The position numbers and the translations under genes are program-made. From an uncultured Thermoleophilia bacterium (GTDB taxonomy: Bacteria; Actinomycetota; Thermoleophilia; UBA2241), in contig CAWBRS010000010.1 in assembly GCA_963791345.1 (NCBI GenBank), forward strand, positions 38,656 through 102,655: a stretch of 64,000 bases of DNA, written 5' to 3'. Every line of letters begins with the position of its first letter. Positions within the stretch are counted from its first letter, which is position 1. Positions 21,727 through 30,527 of the stretch are shown piece after piece. A model generated the notes under the pieces. The model was not told where the DNA came from. It ran no database searches and saw nothing but the letters and a program-made list of their open reading frames with translations.

Positions 21727-23370
21727 ATGGCAACAGTCGCAGCCAAGCCGGAGGTCTTCAGCCGTAAGGCCTCGGGGCTCTCCAGGGTGATGTCGCCCTG
21801 GTCGGCGTACATGTACAACTTCCTGACCATGGGCGTGATCTTCCCGTGGACGTTCGTGTGGGCGCCGGCGGCGTTCCCGGGCGTCTCCGTGTGGCAGGCA
21901 TGCCTCTACGCCATCCTGCTCGAGCTGCCCATCGCCCTCGCCTACGTCTGGATGGCGACCGCGATGCCGCGCTCCGGCGGGGACTACGTCTTCCAGAGCC
22001 GCGTGCTCGGCGGGGCCATCGGCTTCCCGATCGTGATGAGCGGCTTCGTGATCTGGATCGTGCAGTGGGTCGCCCTGGCCGGCTGGCTCCTCGCCACCCT
22101 GGGCGTGGCGCCGCTGTTCATGGGGCTCGGCTACTACTACGAGAGCACCAGCCTCATCGACGCCGCCGTGTGGGCGCAGGGAGCGCAGGGCAAGGTCGTC
22201 ATCAGCATCATCGGCGCGTTCCTCATGGCGCTGCTGCTCGTGACGGGCTTCAAGAACTACGTGCGCCTGCAGTACTTCATGTTCGCGGCCACCGGCATCC
22301 TGGTCGTGATCTTGCTCGTGCAGTTCCTGCGCACCACCCCGGCCGAGTTCGCCGAGGCGATGAACAAGTTCTCCCTGTTCGTCGACGGCCGCGAGGACTA
22401 CTACAGCTTCATCCAGAAGGACGTGGCCGACGCCGGGGTGGACCTGATGCCCAAGTTCGCGCTGGGGGCCACGCTACTCGCCATCCCGATCGTCTGGACG
22501 AGCCTGCAGTGGGCGACCTACAGCGTGCAGCAGGGCGGCGAGATCAAGGGCGCCCGCGTCTTCAAGAACCAGATGTTCATCATCGTCGGCTCCATGATCT
22601 CGGTGGGCGTCGTCCTGGCCCTCATCGCGTGGGCCGAGGAGCGGGCCGTGGGCACCGAGTTCTTCAACGCAGTCTCCCACTCGTACTACTACCTGGTCAG
22701 CTCCTCGGGAGAGGGCATCGGCAGCGTCCTGCCCTTCCCCGGCATGTTCGCCATCGTGATCACGGCGAACCCCATCATCGTCGTCCTGACCGCGGTGAGC
22801 TTCATGCTCGCCTCGTTGCAGATCACCTGCAACTGCTACATCGGCATGACCCGCATCATGGTCGGCATGTCGCTCGACCGCACGCTGCCCGCGTTCCTCT
22901 CCAAGATCAGCCCGCGCTTCCGTTCGCCGGCGATCGCGCACTGGATCTACTTCGCCTTCGGGTGCTTCGCGATCTACGGCTACAACTACTGGGTCGACTG
23001 GTACAGGCTGACGCTCGGCGTCACCTTCGCCTGCGGGTACGTGTTCGTGGTCAGCTGCCTCGCGGCGGCGCTGATGCCCTACAGGGCCAAGGCGCTCTAC
23101 GATGCTTCGCCGGGCGCCAAGTACACGCTGGGCGGCTTCCCGCTGGTCACGATCTTCGGCGTCATCGGGTTCGTCTTCGGCGGCGCGGCGCTCGTCGCGT
23201 TCCTCTGGAACCCGAACTACGGCCTGCGCGGCGAGTCTCCGTACTGGGGCTACATCATGGTCGGCAGCATCTTCATGGTCTGCCTCGTCGGCTACTGGAT
23301 CGGCAGGGCCTACAACAAGAGCCGGGGCATCGACGTCAACTACGCCTTCCTCGAGGTGCCGCCGGAGTGA
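21727..23370 (+). CDS. APC-superfamily amino acid/amine permease (copy 1)
   Basis: 547 aa with about 12 or more TM segments. It carries AMPRSGGDYVFQSRVLGG, typical of APC transporters. Confidence 0.8.
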   Translation: MATVAAKPEVFSRKASGLSRVMSPWSAYMYNFLTMGVIFPWTFVWAPAAFPGVSVWQACLYAILLELPIALAYVWMATAMPRSGGDYVFQSRVLGGAIGFPIVMSGFVIWIVQWVALAGWLLATLGVAPLFMGLGYYYESTSLIDAAVWAQGAQGKVVISIIGAFLMALLLVTGFKNYVRLQYFMFAATGILVVILLVQFLRTTPAEFAEAMNKFSLFVDGREDYYSFIQKDVADAGVDLMPKFALGATLLAIPIVWTSLQWATYSVQQGGEIKGARVFKNQMFIIVGSMISVGVVLALIAWAEERAVGTEFFNAVSHSYYYLVSSSGEGIGSVLPFPGMFAIVITANPIIVVLTAVSFMLASLQITCNCYIGMTRIMVGMSLDRTLPAFLSKISPRFRSPAIAHWIYFAFGCFAIYGYNYWVDWYRLTLGVTFACGYVFVVSCLAAALMPYRAKALYDASPGAKYTLGGFPLVTIFGVIGFVFGGAALVAFLWNPNYGLRGESPYWGYIMVGSIFMVCLVGYWIGRAYNKSRGIDVNYAFLEVPPE

Positions 23371-23501
23371 TCGCACGACAGGCAGACTGAAACGGCAAAC
23401 GCACGCGCGACGACACGCTGCGACGGCAGCGCGCCCATTGAGCCCCGAGCGGCGGCCGCCGGACGCGGCGGCCGCCCCCGTCAGCAGGAAAGGCAGGGTA
23501 C

Positions 23502-24437
23502 ATGGCAACAGCGGCACACCATCTGTCGCCGGACGAGCTCATCGCCCGCATCGATGACTGGAAGGGCAAGGACATCCGCTGGGAGGAGCTCGGCGGCGGC
23601 ATCACCAACCACAACTACATCGTCTGGGTGAACGGCGGCTGGGACAACCCGGGCGGCGGCAAGTACGTGCTCCGCGTCCCGGGCGCGGGCACCGACATGT
23701 TCATCGACCGCGACGTCGAGCGCGAGTGCATGGTCGAGGCGGCCAGGATCGGCACGGCCCCCCAGGTCGCCCACGTCATCGAGCCCGAGAAGGCCATGGT
23801 CATCGACTTCATCGACGGCGAGGTCATGCACCCCGATACGATGGCCGGGCACCCGGAGCGCATCACGCAGGCTGTCGAGGCGGTCCGCGTGTACCACGAC
23901 AACGCGGTCTTCACCAACAAGATCGAGATCTTCGACATGCTCCGTCGCTACACCAAGGTGGCGAGCGACATCAACGCCCCCATGCCCGAGCGGCTCGCGG
24001 CGCTGCTGGAGCGGATGCCCGAGATCGAGGAGGCGACGGCGCGCAACCCCGTCCCCGACGTCGCCTGCCAGAACGACCTGCTCTCGGAGAACTTCATCGT
24101 CGACGCGAACGGCAAGATGTGGATCATCGACTGGGAGTACGGGGGCATGACCGACCCCTACTTCGACCTCGGTGACCACGTCATGGAGCACCCGTACTCG
24201 CGTGAGGAGGAGCGCCTCGTCATCGAGACCTATCTGGGCCACATGGACGAGCGGCTCTTCGGCCGCATGATGCTCTACAAGATCGTCTCGGCCGTCTGGT
24301 GGGATGTGTGGGCGATGATCCAGCACACGGTGTCCCAGATCGATTTCGACTACATGGAATGGGCCATGGACCGCGTCGGACGCGCCGAGCGCGGCGTGGC
24401 CGACCCCGACTACCTGAAGTGGCTGGCCGAGTGCTGA
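23502..24437 (+). CDS. Choline/ethanolamine kinase family protein (copy 2)
   Basis: 311 aa with ACQNDLLSENFI and IIDWEYGGMTDPYFDLGDHVME. It is collinear with copy 1, with roughly half of positions identical by eye. Confidence 0.85.
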   Translation: MATAAHHLSPDELIARIDDWKGKDIRWEELGGGITNHNYIVWVNGGWDNPGGGKYVLRVPGAGTDMFIDRDVERECMVEAARIGTAPQVAHVIEPEKAMVIDFIDGEVMHPDTMAGHPERITQAVEAVRVYHDNAVFTNKIEIFDMLRRYTKVASDINAPMPERLAALLERMPEIEEATARNPVPDVACQNDLLSENFIVDANGKMWIIDWEYGGMTDPYFDLGDHVMEHPYSREEERLVIETYLGHMDERLFGRMMLYKIVSAVWWDVWAMIQHTVSQIDFDYMEWAMDRVGRAERGVADPDYLKWLAEC

Positions 24438-24524
24438 GCGGGGCGCCGCGATCGCCTGTGAACGCAGCGAAAGGAGCGAGGAAGGGATGAAGCAGCACGA
24501 GATCACGCCGGAAGGAGGTTTGAC

Positions 24525-25472
24525 GTGACCGCACGGGTCTTCTTCGCGACCGACGTCCACGGGTCGGAGGTCTGCTGGCGGAAGTTCATCAACTCCGGAC
24601 CGCACTACGGCGCCAACATCCTGATCCTCGGCGGCGACATGACCGGCAAGGCGGTCGTCCCGATCATCGATCAGGGGGCGGGCAAGTACTGCTACCACAT
24701 GCAGGACGTCCGCCACGACTTCGAGGGCCAGGAGGCGCTGGCCAAGGAGACGCGCACCATCCGCGACCACGGCTACTACGCCGTGACCATGACCGCGGAC
24801 GAGCGTGACGAGTACACCAGGGACCAGGACAAGTTCGACGAGCTCTTCCACTCGCAGATGCGCAGCACCGTCGCCGACTGGGTGGAGTGGGCCGACGCCA
24901 AGCTGGCGGGCTCCGGCCTGCAGTGCATCGTGTGCCCGGGGAACGACGACCGTCACGACATCGACGGTATCCTCGCGCAGGCCGAACACATCCAGGTGGG
25001 CGAGGGCAACGTCCTCGACCTGCCGGACGGGTACCAGCTCGCCTCGAGCGGCTGGACGAACCTCACGCCGTGGGACACCCCACGTGAGGAGGACGAGCCC
25101 GAGCTGAAGAAGCGGCTCCAGGGGATCGTCGCCCAAGCGACGGTGTCGCCGGAGCGCCTCGTCCTCGGACTGCACTGCCCGCCCTACGACACGAACCTCG
25201 ACGTGGCGCCCAAGATCGACTGGGACACGCTGACGATCAAGGGGCAGGACACGGCCCACGTCGGCTCCACGGCCGTCACAGACATCATCAAGGAGGTGCA
25301 ACCTGTCCTGTCGCTGCACGGCCACATCCACGAGAGCCGTGCCGCCGAACGCATCGGGCGCACGCTGGCGATCAACCCCGGCAGCTCGTACGTGGAGGGC
25401 ACGCTGTCCGGCGTCGTGGTCGAGCTGGACGGCAAGAGCAAGATCAAGAACTACCGACTGACCATGGGGTGA
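24525..25472 (+). CDS. Calcineurin-like metallophosphoesterase (copy 2)
   Basis: GTG follows GGAAGGAGG. 315 aa with motifs ATDVHGS, GGDMTGK, PGNDD and GHIHES. It is collinear with 20657..21658. Confidence 0.85.
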   Translation: MTARVFFATDVHGSEVCWRKFINSGPHYGANILILGGDMTGKAVVPIIDQGAGKYCYHMQDVRHDFEGQEALAKETRTIRDHGYYAVTMTADERDEYTRDQDKFDELFHSQMRSTVADWVEWADAKLAGSGLQCIVCPGNDDRHDIDGILAQAEHIQVGEGNVLDLPDGYQLASSGWTNLTPWDTPREEDEPELKKRLQGIVAQATVSPERLVLGLHCPPYDTNLDVAPKIDWDTLTIKGQDTAHVGSTAVTDIIKEVQPVLSLHGHIHESRAAERIGRTLAINPGSSYVEGTLSGVVVELDGKSKIKNYRLTMG

Positions 25473-25545
25473 GCGCGCCGACGCGCGACACCAGGGGGAC
25501 GGCACCATGGTGCCGGCCGTAACCATTCGACAGGAGGGTCAACCT

Positions 25546-27279
25546 ATGGCAACAAACCCCGCACCGGAGCAGACGCTCTTCGTGCGCAAGGCCAGCGGCC
25601 TGGTCAAGGGGTGGTCCGGCGGGGACGGGTTCCGCTACTCGTTCTTCTCCGTGAACCTGTTCCTCGCCATCTGGTCGTTCGCCTACGCGACGTTCTTCCC
25701 CGAAGGCAGCCTGTTCTGGTCCATCGTCATCACCGCGATCTTCATCGTTCTCGAGATCATCGTCTACGCCGCCCTCATCTCGGCGATGCCGCGCGCCGGC
25801 GGCGACTACGTGTGGATGACGCGCATCTTCCACAGCGCGGTCGGCTTCGTGATCGCCGCTGTGGGCTGGTGGTTCATCCTCTGGCTCTGGACCCCGATCT
25901 ACGCCGACATGGGCGTCCAGACCACGATCAAGCCCATCTTCCGCATCCTCGGCCTGCACGGCGCGGCCGACTGGCTGGGGAGCCGCACGGGCATCTTCGT
26001 CGCCTCCCTCGTGGTCATCGCCATCGCCTCCACCCTGGTCGCGGTGGGCATGAAGACCTACGCCAAGTTCCAGAAGTGGGCCATGTGGATCGGCCTCGCC
26101 GGCGTCGTCATCTGCGGCATCCTGCTCCTGGTCACCTCCGGTGACAGCTTCAAGGAGAAGTTCAACGAGGCCTCCGAGAAGTACTACGGCGGCGACGCGG
26201 GCCTGCTCGACCTGACCAAGTACGAGCAGGACGACGCCGGCCTGTTCGTCTACGACGTCGACGGCAACATGGTCGCGGTCGAGGGCGAGACCCACGCCGG
26301 CGCGTTCGAGGCCATCGAGGCGATCGGCGAGGGCACCGGCATGCCGACCTCGACGTTCCAGGGCGGCATCGGCAAGTACACGTGGTTCCTCATCCCGTTC
26401 GCGCTCTTCTGGATGGCGTGGCCGAACTGGGGCGCCACCCTCTACGGCGAGGTGCGCGGCGCCAAGGACTTCCGCAAGAACATCTACCAGATGCTCGGCG
26501 GCCTCTTCGTGCCGACCTTCATCGCCCTGTCCTTCCTCGGGCTCATGACGTGGAAGGTGGGCTACCAGGCCTTCATGGGCACCATGGCGGGCTTCTGGTG
26601 GGGCATCTCGCCGATCGGTGGGGACTACGTGTCGCCCACGGCGATGATCTCCTGGATCGTGCCCAACGCGGCCTTCCAGGTCATCCTCATCGCCGCCATC
26701 TCGCTGCTCCTCTTCGGCTGGTTCGGCACGCTCTTCCTGTCGTCGACGCGCATGATCTTCGCGGCGGCCTTCGACCGGATCCTGCCTGAGCGCGTCGCGA
26801 AGGTGACCTCCAGCGGCGTGCCGGTGATCGCCCTGGTCCTCATGACCATCCCGTCGATCATCATGGCCGCGCTCTACGCCTACACGCCCGTCGACGAGGA
26901 CTACGGCGTCACCATCGTCAAGCTCTTCACCTACGACGCGACGCTCGGCATCGTCATCATGTTCCTGGGGTCGGCGCTCGCCTTCATGGTCATGAAGTGG
27001 CGCGCCAGGGCGATCTGGGACAGCTCGTCGCTGCCCAAGGGAGAGATCGCGGGCATCCCGTGGCTGTCCTTCGTCGCCGCGATCTACTCCGGGTTCATGG
27101 CGTGGGTCATCTACCGGTTCGTCGTCGACGACATGTACGGGGTCAACAACACCGAGTCGGCCATCTTCATGGGCGTCCTGTACGTGCTGGCGATCGTCAT
27201 CTGGGTCGTCGCCTGGGCGGTCCGCAAGAAGCAGGGTATGGCGCTCGAGTCCGTGGCCAAGGAGATCCCGGTCGAGTAA
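25546..27279 (+). CDS. APC-superfamily amino acid/amine permease (copy 2)
   Basis: ATG 25546 follows AGGAGGG. 577 aa with AMPRAGGDYVWMTRIF. It shares the N-terminal FVRKASGL motif with copy 1 (FSRKASGL). Confidence 0.8.
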   Translation: MATNPAPEQTLFVRKASGLVKGWSGGDGFRYSFFSVNLFLAIWSFAYATFFPEGSLFWSIVITAIFIVLEIIVYAALISAMPRAGGDYVWMTRIFHSAVGFVIAAVGWWFILWLWTPIYADMGVQTTIKPIFRILGLHGAADWLGSRTGIFVASLVVIAIASTLVAVGMKTYAKFQKWAMWIGLAGVVICGILLLVTSGDSFKEKFNEASEKYYGGDAGLLDLTKYEQDDAGLFVYDVDGNMVAVEGETHAGAFEAIEAIGEGTGMPTSTFQGGIGKYTWFLIPFALFWMAWPNWGATLYGEVRGAKDFRKNIYQMLGGLFVPTFIALSFLGLMTWKVGYQAFMGTMAGFWWGISPIGGDYVSPTAMISWIVPNAAFQVILIAAISLLLFGWFGTLFLSSTRMIFAAAFDRILPERVAKVTSSGVPVIALVLMTIPSIIMAALYAYTPVDEDYGVTIVKLFTYDATLGIVIMFLGSALAFMVMKWRARAIWDSSSLPKGEIAGIPWLSFVAAIYSGFMAWVIYRFVVDDMYGVNNTESAIFMGVLYVLAIVIWVVAWAVRKKQGMALESVAKEIPVE

Positions 27280-27310
27280 GCGCCCGAGTGCTCGCGCACG
27301 CGCCGGCGGA

Positions 27311-27343
27311 GGCGCCGGCGGCCGCTCTGCGGCCGCCGGCGCC
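27311..27343 (+). terminator. GC-rich hairpin downstream of permease copy 2
   Basis: GGCGCCGGCGGCCGC-tct-GCGGCCGCCGGCGCC is a perfect 15-bp stem. No clear U-tract follows, which is common in high-GC genomes. Confidence 0.5.
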
Positions 27344-27463
27344 CGCCCGGCCCTCCGCGAGTCGAGACACGGCCCGGCCCCCGCGGGGGCCGGGCGCAGC
27401 GAGAGGCGGCTTCAACGCGGCGGGCACGCGGCCGCGAGTCGCTCGAGGAGGCCGTGACGGACC

Positions 27464-28279
27464 ATGGCGCAGACGCCGTTCATCCTGCCGAAGGACATCC
27501 CGATCGCCGAGTACCCCGGCCCCGAGGTCTTTCTGAGCGAGGGCAAGCGACTCGTCGAGGAGGGCGAGAAGCGCGGCATCGTGATGCGGGTCATGGGCCC
27601 CCTCGCGCTCCACTACTACTTCCCGGACCAGATCGATCTGTACGCACGGCTCGAGCGCCTCGGCGAGCGCTACTTCACCGACATCGACTACGCGGCGTAC
27701 GGCAAGGGTCGCGGCAAGATGCGCGACTTCATGAAGGACATGGGCTACGAGTGCGACCAGGAGACCATGGTCATGTCCGGCAAGACGCGGCACATCTACT
27801 ACGCCGGCGCCGTGCCGATGATCGACGTCTTCTTCGACAAGCTCGACTACTGCCACGAGGTGGACTACACGGGCCGGCTCGAGAAGGACCCGTGGTCCGT
27901 GCCGCTCTCCGACATCCTGCTGCAGAAGCTGCAGATCGTCGAGATCAACGACAAGGACCTCAAGGACATCGAGTACCTCTTCGTGACCTCCGAGCTGGGC
28001 AGCGACGACGAGCACAAGATCAACATGGACTACATCGCCCAGCGCTTCGCCGGCGACTGGGGATTCTGGTACACCGCGACGCAGCTCAACCTGCCCAAGG
28101 TGAAGGAGCACTGTGCGCAGGTCCCCGCGCTGACACCCGAGATGTGTGAGCGCATCAAGGCGCAGGCCGACAAGCTGCTGGCGCGGGTCGACGCCGAGCC
28201 CAAGACCAAGGCGTGGAACAAGCGCGCCAAGAAGGGCGCTTCGAAGACCTGGTACAACGAGGGGTTCTCCGACTGGTGA
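27464..28279 (+). CDS. Conserved hypothetical protein, possible nucleotidyltransferase fold (copy 2)
   Basis: 271 aa. MRVMGPLALHYY...RYFTDIDYAAYGK, with shared blocks against 19817..20629 (..LLEKMQIVKINEKDI.. versus ..LLQKLQIVEINDKDL.., and C-terminal K.WYNE). Confidence 0.5.
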   Translation: MAQTPFILPKDIPIAEYPGPEVFLSEGKRLVEEGEKRGIVMRVMGPLALHYYFPDQIDLYARLERLGERYFTDIDYAAYGKGRGKMRDFMKDMGYECDQETMVMSGKTRHIYYAGAVPMIDVFFDKLDYCHEVDYTGRLEKDPWSVPLSDILLQKLQIVEINDKDLKDIEYLFVTSELGSDDEHKINMDYIAQRFAGDWGFWYTATQLNLPKVKEHCAQVPALTPEMCERIKAQADKLLARVDAEPKTKAWNKRAKKGASKTWYNEGFSDW

Positions 28280-28294
28280 AGCGGCCGACGAGGC

Positions 28295-28364
28295 TGTGCG
28301 GTTCTGTGCGAGGCTGCAGTTGACACAGCCCGCCCCGTCGGTACAATGTGTGCGACTTTGTGCG
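28295..28364 (+). promoter_or_regulatory. Promoter (TTGACA-16-TACAAT) flanked by two pairs of TGTGCG direct repeats, for deoR copy 2
   Basis: TGTGCG occurs at 28295-300 and 28305-310 upstream. TTGACA is at 28320-25 and TACAAT at 28342-47. A downstream pair (TGTGCG-N4-TGTGCG) lies within 28348-28364. Confidence 0.6.
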
Positions 28365-28395
28365 GTTTGACGACGTGAACGGAGGCCCCGCGGTC

Positions 28396-29190
28396 GTGCC
28401 GTCACAAGACGTGCCCGAGCTCCACGAGATGATCCCGGCGCAGCGGCGCACCCGCATCTCGGAGCTCCTGAAGGAGCGCCGCGCCGTGCGCGTCTCCTCC
28501 CTCAGCGAGGACCTCGGCGTCTCCGAGATGACGATCCGCCGCGACCTCGAACGCCTCGAGGGTGAGGGCGTGCTCGTGCGCACGCACGGGGGCGCCGTGC
28601 TCCGGCGGCGGATCGGTGAGGAGCCCCTCTACCGCGACAACGTCGCCGCCAACGCCGAGCAGAAGCGTCGCATCGCCCAGCGTGCGGCGGCCCTCATCGA
28701 GCCCGGCGAGAGCGTGTTCCTCAGCGCCGGCACGACGGCCGCCCAGGTCCTGCGCCACGTCGACCCCGCCCTCGAGGCGCGCGTCGTCACCCACAACGTC
28801 GGCGCCCTCGCCGAGGCCCAGGGTCTGGGCCTCGAGGTGATCCTCGTCGGCGGGCTCTACAGGCCGCGCTCGAACGCCGTCGGCGGCGCCGGGGCGGTCG
28901 AGCAGATCGGCCGCTTCCACGCCAGCCGCATGTTTCTCGGGGTCGACGGACTCGACCTCGAGGAGGGTCTGACCACCCCGACCGTCGGCGTGGCCGCCAT
29001 CGAGCGCGCCATGCTCGACCAGACCCGCGGCGAGGTCGTCGTGCTCGCCGACCGCAGCAAGATCGGCGTCGTCGCCGACGTCGGCATCTGCGGGTTCGAC
29101 CGCGTCGACACCGTCATCGTGGACGACGGTGTCGACGAAGCCGTGCGCGACGAGCTGACGTCGATGGGCGTCCGCTGCATCGTGGTATGA
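28396..29190 (+). CDS. DeoR family transcriptional regulator (copy 2)
   Basis: GTG lies 10 nt after GGAGG. The protein and DNA are near-identical to copy 1, including identical runs of more than 50 nt, e.g. the last ~65 nt of both genes. Confidence 0.85.
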   Translation: MPSQDVPELHEMIPAQRRTRISELLKERRAVRVSSLSEDLGVSEMTIRRDLERLEGEGVLVRTHGGAVLRRRIGEEPLYRDNVAANAEQKRRIAQRAAALIEPGESVFLSAGTTAAQVLRHVDPALEARVVTHNVGALAEAQGLGLEVILVGGLYRPRSNAVGGAGAVEQIGRFHASRMFLGVDGLDLEEGLTTPTVGVAAIERAMLDQTRGEVVVLADRSKIGVVADVGICGFDRVDTVIVDDGVDEAVRDELTSMGVRCIVV

Positions 29191-29302
29191 GCGGGTCCCG
29201 GTCGAAGATGTGGCCCCAAGGCCTCAGGAGGGCGCCGACGACGTGAGCGAGCCCCTCCGCGCGCCTGTCCGCATCCATCGCAACGATCCCTAAGGGGGAA
29301 AC

Positions 29303-30502
29303 ATGCACGAACGCAACATGCTCGAAGACCTGGTCGCCGTCAGCCCCGGCATGGAGATCTGGTGGGACTCCTCGCCGGTCATCCTCGACAACTGGTACAA
29401 GAAGATGCTCGCCAAGGCCGACCCCGGCGACCACGAGGTCCTCAAGGCCCAGTTCACGCGCATGTACAACGCGGACGACCCGATGGGCCAGCTCTTCCGC
29501 GGCGTCACGACCAACCCGCCGCTCTCGCTGCAGGCGATCAAGGACGATCCGCCGCGCTGGCAGGCCGAGGCGGCGAAGATCCTCGCCGCGAACGACGGGC
29601 TCGACACCGAGGGCCTCTTCTGGGAGCTGTACAAGCAGGTCGTCAAGCAGGGCTCCGACATGTTCCTGCCCCTGTACGAGGCCTCCGGGCACAAGGAGGG
29701 CTTCCTCTCCGGCCAGGTCGACCCGCGGAGCGCGTTCGACAAGGACGCGATGCTCGCCCAGGCGCTCGAGATCCGCGCCATCAACCCCAACGTGATGATC
29801 AAGGTGCCCGGCACCAGAGAGGGCTACGACATCATCGAGGCTCTCACCGCCAAGGGCATCCCGACCAACAACACGCTCACCTTCGTCCTGCCGCAGCTCA
29901 TGGACTGCGCGCGGTCGGTGCGTCGTGGCCTCGAGAAGGCCAAGGCCGACGGCGTCGACCTCTCGGGCTGGCGCTCGGTGATCACCCACATGGAGGCTCG
30001 CTACGGCGACCTCGGCGGCCTGCGCGAGGCCGGCGCCGAGAAGGGCATCGAGATCACCGAGGGCGACGTCCGCCTGGCCGAGCTGGCGATCTTCAAGAAG
30101 GCCTATCGCCTGGTCAAGGAGGGCGGCTACCAGAGCAAGATGCTCTCCTGCTCGCTGCGCCTCGGCCCGGTCGTCGACGGCAAGACGAAGGTCTGGCACC
30201 TCGAGGAGAAGGCCGGCGCCGACGTCGTCGTCACCTGCCCGCCGAGCCTCATCGACGAGCTCATCAACTTCCCGACCCCCGAGGACATCAAGTTCGAAGA
30301 GGGCCGCATCGCCGTCGACCCGCCCAAGGAGGTCATGGACAAGCTCATGCGCATCCCGTACTTCGAGCGCGCCTACGAGGTCGACGGCTACACGCGCGAC
30401 GAGTACAACACCCACCCCGCGCTGGTGAAGACCGCCGAGGCCTTCTCCAAGGCCACCAACGAGATGGTCGCGTTCGCCGGCAGCTGCCTCGCGAACGCCT
30501 GA
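29303..30502 (+). CDS. Transaldolase-family protein (long, 399 aa)
   Basis: GVTTNPPLSL, GQVDPRSAFDKDAM, the Schiff-base lysine context VMIKVPGTREG, and IPTNNTLTF. AAGGGGGA RBS. Confidence 0.8.
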   Translation: MHERNMLEDLVAVSPGMEIWWDSSPVILDNWYKKMLAKADPGDHEVLKAQFTRMYNADDPMGQLFRGVTTNPPLSLQAIKDDPPRWQAEAAKILAANDGLDTEGLFWELYKQVVKQGSDMFLPLYEASGHKEGFLSGQVDPRSAFDKDAMLAQALEIRAINPNVMIKVPGTREGYDIIEALTAKGIPTNNTLTFVLPQLMDCARSVRRGLEKAKADGVDLSGWRSVITHMEARYGDLGGLREAGAEKGIEITEGDVRLAELAIFKKAYRLVKEGGYQSKMLSCSLRLGPVVDGKTKVWHLEEKAGADVVVTCPPSLIDELINFPTPEDIKFEEGRIAVDPPKEVMDKLMRIPYFERAYEVDGYTRDEYNTHPALVKTAEAFSKATNEMVAFAGSCLANA

Positions 30503-30527
30503 CCACGACCCAGAAAGGACGGCGAGA

